Shown here piece after piece: positions 49,988-56,533 of a stretch of 64,000 nt of DNA. Both the position numbers and the translations under genes were made by a program. Source of the DNA: Porcipelethomonas sp. (GTDB taxonomy: Bacteria > Bacillota > Clostridia > Oscillospirales > Ruminococcaceae); NCBI GenBank assembly GCA_051881915.1, contig JBJEQV010000022.1:1338-65337 (forward strand), given 5' to 3'. Position 1 is the first letter of the stretch. The number at the start of each line of letters is the position of its first letter. The notes below the pieces were generated by a model. It made no database searches. It was not told the origin of the DNA and was given only the letters and a program-made list of their open reading frames with translations.

Positions 49988-50670
49988 GCCGTTTCACCTC
50001 CGTTATCGGGAGAGATCTCTCCGTCTCTGATAAGCATTATCCGCTTTGCGTATTCAGCAATTTCGCGCTCATGGGTGATCATTACTATTGTAACACCTTC
50101 ATTATTCAGGCTGCTGAAAATCTCCATAATCTGTTCACCCGATTTGGTATCAAGGGCACCCGTAGGTTCATCTGCAAGAAGCAGTCTTGGCTTATTCACA
50201 ATTGCCCTCGCAATTGCAACTCTCTGCTTCTGACCGCCTGAAAGCTGGGTGGGTTTAAAGTTTATTCTTTCCTCAAGACCAACTTTGATAAGAGCCTGTT
50301 TTGCAAGCTCTCTGCGCTCCTTCTTCTTCAGTCCTGCATACAGAAGAGGAAGCTCCACATTTTCAAGCGCAGACTGACGCGGAAGCAAATTGAAGTTCTG
50401 AAAAACAAATCCGATCTTGCCGTTGCGTATCTCCGACAGTTCCTTGTCGCTGCATCCGGAAATATCCTTCCCGTCAAACATGAAGGTTCCTGATGTCTGT
50501 TTGTCGAGACATCCGATAATATTCATAAGAGTGGATTTTCCGGAACCCGACGGTCCCATTATCGCAACATATTCTCCTTCACTGACCTGAAACTGTATAT
50601 CTTTAAGAACGGGAACGGCGTCCTTTCCCTGCATATAGTCCTTATAAATTCCCTGCATATCAAGAATCAT
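49984..50670 (-). CDS. ABC ATP-binding protein (MacB/LolD type)
   Basis: [27 protein letters not shown]. Confidence 0.95.
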   Translation of the reverse strand: MILDMQGIYKDYMQGKDAVPVLKDIQFQVSEGEYVAIMGPSGSGKSTLMNIIGCLDKQTSGTFMFDGKDISGCSDKELSEIRNGKIGFVFQNFNLLPRQSALENVELPLLYAGLKKKERRELAKQALIKVGLEERINFKPTQLSGGQKQRVAIARAIVNKPRLLLADEPTGALDTKSGEQIMEIFSSLNNEGVTIVMITHEREIAEYAKRIMLIRDGEISPDNGGETA

Positions 50671-52091
50671 TCAGACACCGCCTTTTCATCTTCCGAGATC
50701 ATATCCTCATCGATCATATCCTCATCGATAATTTCTCCGTCGGCATATCCGTCATCCACAAAAACTTCTCCGTCCCCTGCATAAATGTCATCTTCATAAA
50801 CCATACCATCATCGTAGATCATATCGTCATCAAACATCATTGCGTCATCTCCGGCTTCTCCCCCGTCCGGGATATCATCATAATACATATCAGATCCGCC
50901 GTCTTCAAAGTCAATATCATTTATATCAGTTGAAGTCTTCATACCCTCCTCATAATCATCGGCAGGATATGAAATAAGGTCACTGTCTTTAAGACCGGAA
51001 ACGATCTCACTGTCACCGTTCATTTCGTCTCTCTGACCGATCTCGACATATCTTTTTTCAAGTCTTCCATCCTTGTCGGCCGCCCATACATAAGGCTTTT
51101 CGCCGTCAATATCCACCACATAATCATCGTAAAGCCAGATACCGCTCTTATCAGCCACTTCACTTTGTCCGTAATCAATTTCGATCAGAACATGCTGTCC
51201 GAGCATAAGACCGTCTGTGCTCTCGGGGTCAATATAAAAAGCATAATTTGAGGACATTGCTTCTGTATCCCCGTCACCATAATACATATAATTGTTATTT
51301 GCTTCCGGCTCATTTTCGATTTCAGAAACTGTTCCCTTCCATGAAACGGAATCATCTGTCCTTGAAATTATAATAACAGAATCCCCCTGCATTACTGACC
51401 CCATATTCTGCTCATTGATTCTTCCTTTAATGCGAAAATCTCCGTTGTTGACAATTGTCATAATAACGTCAGTGGCATTTTCCTGCATTTCCTCAGTTGT
51501 TTTAATGGCCTTGACAGTTCCGGATATCTCAGCAGTTACAGTCGCATTTTCAATGGAATTTTTCAGCTTTTCAAGAGATATATTTTTCACCTTTATGTCA
51601 TACTGAGTCTTGTCTATATCCGTCTGAAGCGACTGGATCTGTGTCGTATAGGAAACCTGAGCGTCAGCTCCTGCATTTTTCTTTTCAGACTCCAGTTCCT
51701 TTATCTGCCTGTTTGTGGAATCAATTTCATTCTGCATACGCTCGATCTCGACCTGTCCTTCTTCAAGCTCAAGCTTCATTGCTTCCACATCATAGCTGAA
51801 AAGCTCGTCTCCTGCTTCGACAACATCCCCCTCGCTTACCATAACATCCTTGATGATCTTATCGGAATCAACTTTTATCTCCAGTGCCTTCTGAGATTCC
51901 ACAACGCCCGAAAATCTGTTTTCCGATACCAGAAATGCCGCAGTATTACAGTCGGACACAGCTGTAACATAAGCTGTACCGAGACTTTCGTCAACCTTGC
52001 TGCTATTCCATATTATGACGCTTCCTGCAATTATTGCAGTAACCGCCGCAGCTGCAACAGCTCCGGCAATTATTTTTTTCTTTTTTGTCAT
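50667..52091 (-). CDS. Membrane-fusion (adaptor) subunit 1
   Basis: VMVSEGDVVEAGDELF, coiled coil, VTAEISGTV, EIVSGL; acidic C-terminal tail. Confidence 0.8.
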   Translation of the reverse strand: MTKKKKIIAGAVAAAAVTAIIAGSVIIWNSSKVDESLGTAYVTAVSDCNTAAFLVSENRFSGVVESQKALEIKVDSDKIIKDVMVSEGDVVEAGDELFSYDVEAMKLELEEGQVEIERMQNEIDSTNRQIKELESEKKNAGADAQVSYTTQIQSLQTDIDKTQYDIKVKNISLEKLKNSIENATVTAEISGTVKAIKTTEEMQENATDVIMTIVNNGDFRIKGRINEQNMGSVMQGDSVIIISRTDDSVSWKGTVSEIENEPEANNNYMYYGDGDTEAMSSNYAFYIDPESTDGLMLGQHVLIEIDYGQSEVADKSGIWLYDDYVVDIDGEKPYVWAADKDGRLEKRYVEIGQRDEMNGDSEIVSGLKDSDLISYPADDYEEGMKTSTDINDIDFEDGGSDMYYDDIPDGGEAGDDAMMFDDDMIYDDGMVYEDDIYAGDGEVFVDDGYADGEIIDEDMIDEDMISEDEKAVSE

Positions 52092-52271
52092 GTTATTCCT
52101 CCCGAATGTCTTTTGTCTTATTTTTTTACATTTAAGCTATAACTGTATTATATCATTTAATACACCCACTGTCAATACATAGTATAAAAAAGTATTTCAA
52201 TTCATATTTTATGATTTTTGTCTGTACATATACAAAAACAGCAGCCTTAAAAGACTGCTGCCTGATAATAT

Positions 52272-52670
52272 TTATTCTGCCAGAGGTGCCAGCGGTTCGA
52301 TAAAATTTCTTGCGACATAATAGACCGTAACGATACCGATAACCACAAGCCAGAATGCCAGCTTCCTCGGAAGAAGCTTCACCTTTTTCCCGAAAATGTC
52401 CAGCAGCAGTTCAATATAAAGAACTGCCAGCAGAAACAAAAGCAATACAGGAGTAATATTATTGTGTAGGGCTGTTAATATATCCCCCCGCATAAGTGCT
52501 CTTACACATCTCGTATTTCCGCATGCGGGACAATGATATCCTGTTGCAACAAAAAAAATACATTTGGGAAATGTCTCTGATATTTTAAAAATCCATTCCC
52601 TGAATATAAGCAAAAGCACAGCCGCAGCAGGTGCTGCGGCAGCTATTGTGATTTTAAAACTTTTTTTCAT
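52272..52670 (-). CDS. DUF2752-domain membrane protein
   Basis: C.F...TGYHCPACGNTR motif. Confidence 0.85.
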   Translation of the reverse strand: MKKSFKITIAAAAPAAAVLLLIFREWIFKISETFPKCIFFVATGYHCPACGNTRCVRALMRGDILTALHNNITPVLLLFLLAVLYIELLLDIFGKKVKLLPRKLAFWLVVIGIVTVYYVARNFIEPLAPLAE

Positions 52671-52679
52671 GAATTATGA

Positions 52680-53000
52680 TTAGAAATCAAAAGCATCCAG
52701 ACCAAGTTCAGACAGAATTGCACCGCCGACAACTAAGCAAATAACTGCGAATGCAAGTGAAATAATGCTGAGTACGAGACCTGTGATAGCCATGCCCTTG
52801 CCACTGTTCTTCTTGATACCGATTGCACCGAGAATAAGTCCTACAAGGCCGCATGGGAAAGCAAGGTAATAGAAGCAGCATGAAAGGATAATTGAAAGAA
52901 TACCAAGTACCATTGATGCTACACCGAGACCAACGCTCTTCTTAGGCTCCTGAGGAACCATGCCATTGTTCTGAATCTGATTGTTGTTCATCTCATCCAT
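52680..53000 (-). CDS. DUF4190-like membrane protein
   Basis: ASMVLGILS...GKGMAITGLVLS. Confidence 0.75.
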   Translation of the reverse strand: MDEMNNNQIQNNGMVPQEPKKSVGLGVASMVLGILSIILSCCFYYLAFPCGLVGLILGAIGIKKNSGKGMAITGLVLSIISLAFAVICLVVGGAILSELGLDAFDF

Positions 53001-53232
53001 TATATAAATCTCCTTTAATAAATATGTGATTGCACAGTAAAATATACTGCAAGATAATTATACAATATTCGTCGGTTTTTGTCAACTTTTGATTTTTCAA
53101 AAAAATACATTTTTTATTTTTTCTTGTAATTTATACAAAATAAACCTCCTGAATAGTGCACTTTAGCTAATACAGCCCGTATCATTTTACAATATTGAAA
53201 TCTTTCCCGAAAAGTGTTAAAATTATTTTATT

Positions 53233-53359
53233 AAAAGTGCCTTCCTGCTTTGCAGCATCAACAAAAACACGTATGAGATCTGCATGAGAGCATAAAACTC
53301 ACGGGCTGCGTGATCTCAAAAACATTGAAAGCAGATTAATACTGAAATAAAGCATTTTC
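53233..53359 (+). ncRNA. ssrS: Probable 6S RNA (compact)
   Basis: Starts just after TTGAAA-17-TAAAAT with extended -10; rod of nested stems with an A-rich internal bubble; directly upstream of tcdA, as for B. subtilis 6S-1. Confidence 0.55.
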
Positions 53360-53378
53360 AAAAAGGAGCTGACTTAAA

Positions 53379-54119
53379 ATGCAGACTGAATTTTCAAGAA
53401 CCGAGCTGATACTCGGAAATGACGCAATGAAAAAACTTTCATCAGCAAGAGTCGCCGTATTCGGAATAGGCGGAGTAGGCGGATATACGGTGGAAGCCCT
53501 TGCAAGAAGCGGCGTAGGAAACCTGGACATCATAGACGATGACAAGATCTGTATTACAAACATTAACAGACAGATCTATGCTCTGCGCAGCACTCTTGGA
53601 CAATATAAGGTAGACGCCGCAAAGGAGCGTATCCTTGACATCAATCCTGAATGCACAGTAAGGGAATACAAAATGTTCTACACTCCCGAAACCTCATCTC
53701 AGTTTGATTTTTCCGTATATGACTATATTGTTGATGCTATTGATACAGTAACAGGCAAAATAGAAATCGTTGAACAGGCAAACAAATGCGGCACGCCTGT
53801 CATATGCTCCATGGGCGCCGGAAACAAGCTTGATCCGACTGCGTTTGAAGTAACGGACATTTATAAAACATCCGTCTGTCCTCTTGCCAAGGTAATGCGG
53901 TATGAGCTCAGGCGCAGGGGCATAAAAAAGCTTAAAGTCGTTTATTCCAGGGAGACGCCGCTACCCCCTGCCGAAAATTTATCTGCGGAATGTGCTTCTC
54001 TTACCGAAGCCGAACAGCAGTCCGCACACCGAAGACGAATTCCCGGAAGCAACGCTTTTGTACCGTCCGCAGCGGGGCTTATTATTGCGGGCGAAGTCAT
54101 AAAGGACATCATAAAATAA
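53379..54119 (+). CDS. tcdA: tRNA threonylcarbamoyladenosine dehydratase (ThiF family)
   Basis: FSRTELILG, GIGGVG, TNINRQ, DAID, SMGAGNKLDP, CPLAK. Confidence 0.9.
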   Translation: MQTEFSRTELILGNDAMKKLSSARVAVFGIGGVGGYTVEALARSGVGNLDIIDDDKICITNINRQIYALRSTLGQYKVDAAKERILDINPECTVREYKMFYTPETSSQFDFSVYDYIVDAIDTVTGKIEIVEQANKCGTPVICSMGAGNKLDPTAFEVTDIYKTSVCPLAKVMRYELRRRGIKKLKVVYSRETPLPPAENLSAECASLTEAEQQSAHRRRIPGSNAFVPSAAGLIIAGEVIKDIIK

Positions 54120-54337
54120 ACGTCAGAATCAGTCTTCCTCTGAGGTTCGAACGGAGATCTGCCAGTAAAATCCAACGACTTTTGAATTAAAACTATTATT
54201 TTTTCATTTCATACCCAAAAGTAATACCACTCATACCATAACACATATTTTTCCGGAGTAATATGCTATAATAATGCAAAGAAAATTATACCTTTTCATA
54301 AAAATGTTAACTTATACAAATAAAAATTCTGACATTA

Positions 54338-54520
54338 TCAGTTAGGGATACTGCGGTATTGGAACACCTGCAGTATCTGTAAAAGCAATCAGTCTGCCGA
54401 CAAAAAGACATTCTGACTGGCTGACTCTCCATATATGTCTGCCGTGAATATATTAACCTGTGTCCACGGCAGACGCCATTTTTAAATTGTATATCACTGA
54501 CCTGAGGGGGGATATAACAG
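54338..54520 (+). promoter_or_regulatory. Structured long 5' leader of the dockerin gene pair
   Basis: Stems TCAGTTAG/CTGGCTGA, GATACTGC/GCAGTATC and GTCTGCCGTG/CACGGCAGAC downstream of TGcTATAAT (54264-54272). Confidence 0.5.
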
Positions 54521-54603
54521 AATTATATAACGAGCCGAAAGGAGATGGTCTGAAAATCATTAGTATTTTAAATGTAAATCATGAATAATTTTAAATTGAA
54601 AGG

Positions 54604-55344
54604 ATGATCATTATGAAATTAAGAAAATTTATAAGTGTAATTGCATCTATGGCCATTCTGAGTTCACTGCCTGTATGCGGCGGATTTTCTGTGAGTGCTG
54701 AACAGCCTGAAACAAGAGCATATTCTCTTTCCGAGCTTATGGAAATGACAGATGAAGAATTTCTTTCACTGGGAACACCCGAATGGACGTATTCATATTA
54801 CAAATTCATGAATGCCGAATACCTGTACAACACATTAAGCGGATATGAAGGTAGATTTAATATGCCGAATGGAGGGCTGATAGAATTTAAATATCAGGCT
54901 AATCTGACCGAAGATAAAATAGCAGCCCTTCTGGGAGATACAGTTAAATACAGTGTCACAAGCCCAATATATCCGCCGGATTCAGAAGGACCGTATTTTG
55001 ACGAAAACGGCTACCGATTAAATTCCACTCTGACATATTATTTTCCTGATTACACTAATTTAACTGATGAAAACCATATGGATGTTGCCAAAATTTATTA
55101 TTGTCTTTCACAGGTAATGATTTTTTACAGAACATTAACTTCAGGCAGTGATGTTGATTACACAGTCCAGGGTGACGTTAACGTTGATATGACTCTTGAT
55201 GTCTTCGACGCTATTTATATTGCCAAGGATTCAGTGGGACAAATCAGATTCACTGACTTGCAGAAAAAAATCGGCGATATGAACAACGACGGTAATACCG
55301 ACGTCTTCGACGCTATCGCTATCGCTAAAGATACTGTAAAGTAA
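54604..55344 (+). CDS. Secreted dockerin-containing protein of unknown function (paralog 1)
   Basis: Signal peptide ending SVSA; C-terminal GDVNVD..DVFDA...GDMNNDG.TDVFDA dockerin. Start may be 54613. Confidence 0.85.
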   Translation: MIIMKLRKFISVIASMAILSSLPVCGGFSVSAEQPETRAYSLSELMEMTDEEFLSLGTPEWTYSYYKFMNAEYLYNTLSGYEGRFNMPNGGLIEFKYQANLTEDKIAALLGDTVKYSVTSPIYPPDSEGPYFDENGYRLNSTLTYYFPDYTNLTDENHMDVAKIYYCLSQVMIFYRTLTSGSDVDYTVQGDVNVDMTLDVFDAIYIAKDSVGQIRFTDLQKKIGDMNNDGNTDVFDAIAIAKDTVK

Positions 55345-55347
55345 TGC
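55162..55347 (+). repeat. 186-bp exact direct repeat, copy 1 (dockerin-coding)
   Basis: Base-by-base identical to 55954-56139. Confidence 0.93.
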
Positions 55348-55407
55348 TTTCTGTTCTGCCGATTTAGAACAGCAAAGTGACTATACAAAAATATAGGAGG
55401 AATAATT

Positions 55408-56136
55408 ATGAAAAAATTTTTAAGCGTTATAACCGGCGCAATAATGGCAATTTCGGCATTTTCTACTGTAAATATAAGTGCAGAAGATACATCTGAAAAA
55501 CTTGAAGAAAAATACTATACTCTTGAACAGCTCATAGAAATGCCAGATGAAGAATTTCTGGCATTAGGCGGTTCAGTGTATTCATATTACCATCTTGATG
55601 CGGAATTCATGTATCAATATGTAGATAATTTCAAAGCAGGTTACTTTTTTATGCCGCTAAACGGACTGCAATTTTTCGGATATCAGGCAAATATTACCGA
55701 AGATAAAATAGCAGAGCTGCTGGGCGATTCAGTAAAGTACGAAGTAGAAAGTCCGATCTTTCCGTCAATTAACGGAAGCGAAGAAGGCTCCTACCTTGAT
55801 CTTACAAATTATCTGAAATATACTTTCCCTGATTATACCGGAAACACAGACGAAGATATAATGATGCGTGCTAAAATTGCGTACTGCATTACACAGGTTA
55901 TGCATTTTTATACAGAACATTACGGTACAGGTGGAACAGATGAAAAGACTACAACAGTCCAGGGTGACGTTAACGTTGATATGACTCTTGATGTCTTCGA
56001 CGCTATTTATATTGCCAAGGATTCAGTGGGACAAATCAGATTCACTGACTTGCAGAAAAAAATCGGCGATATGAACAACGACGGTAATACCGACGTCTTC
56101 GACGCTATCGCTATCGCTAAAGATACTGTAAAGTAA
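55408..56136 (+). CDS. Secreted dockerin-containing protein of unknown function (paralog 2)
   Basis: Signal peptide; shares DEEFL.LG, YQAN.TEDKIA.LLGD.VKY and FPDYT with paralog 1; identical dockerin. Confidence 0.87.
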   Translation: MKKFLSVITGAIMAISAFSTVNISAEDTSEKLEEKYYTLEQLIEMPDEEFLALGGSVYSYYHLDAEFMYQYVDNFKAGYFFMPLNGLQFFGYQANITEDKIAELLGDSVKYEVESPIFPSINGSEEGSYLDLTNYLKYTFPDYTGNTDEDIMMRAKIAYCITQVMHFYTEHYGTGGTDEKTTTVQGDVNVDMTLDVFDAIYIAKDSVGQIRFTDLQKKIGDMNNDGNTDVFDAIAIAKDTVK

Positions 56137-56139
56137 TGC
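55954..56139 (+). repeat. 186-bp exact direct repeat, copy 2
   Basis: Identical to 55162-55347. Confidence 0.93.
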
Positions 56140-56236
56140 CTTTTACCCTGCTGCTTCCGGGCGGCAGGGTGATTTTATCAGCAGACGCTGACTATTTCAT
56201 ATAAGTTTCAGTTTTTTTATTTAATGTTTCAATAAT

Positions 56237-56279
56237 AAAAACACTTTCTTTACGCCAGGTTATAAGAAAGTGTTTTTTT
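56237..56279 (+). terminator. Intrinsic terminator after the dockerin pair
   Basis: AAAAACACTTTCTT/AAGAAAGTGTTTTT followed by T run. Confidence 0.75.
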
Positions 56280-56298
56280 GTTATATAATAACAATTTT

Positions 56299-56331
56299 AT
56301 TAAGGCTTTTTCAAGGTTTCTGTGATATATT
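56299..56331 (+). promoter_or_regulatory. CiaR/OmpR-type direct repeat and extended -10 (predicted GH44 promoter)
   Basis: ATTAAG-N5-TTCAAG, then 10 bp, then TATATT preceded by TGn; no recognisable -35 element. Confidence 0.65.
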
Positions 56332-56533
56332 ATATTTCAGAGAGAAATAATTAGAAATTATTTCCTGAGGGCAATGCTTGACGATGACATTCGTCCTTAA
56401 AGTATTTAACAGTAAACTTGCTCTTGCTGTAAAATACCTGGAACCAATCACATAGGAATATCTTTTTCAGATCTGTCCTATGTGAAGAAGTTCTGAAACA
56501 ATCATCGTTCAGAAATTTAAGGGAGGATTTAAA

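Noticed and set aside
53233-53359. T-box leader for tcdA
   Set aside because: No T-box antiterminator sequence (TGGNACC) and no terminator; a 6S-like rod fits better.
54121-54186. tRNA fragment suggested by GGTTCGAA
   Set aside because: No cloverleaf or acceptor stem; only a weak hairpin after tcdA.
54307-54411. Cys-rich 34-aa ORF on the minus strand (MSFCRQTDC...)
   Set aside because: RBS poorly spaced, no promoter evident, and it overlaps the structured plus-strand leader.
54495-54552. Hammerhead ribozyme (CTGA...GAAA)
   Set aside because: CTGACCTGA does not fit the CUGAnGA core and the three required stems cannot be built.
55162-56139. Diversity-generating retroelement TR/VR pair
   Set aside because: The copies are identical with no adenine-specific mismatches, both are in coding genes, and no reverse transcriptase is present in the window.
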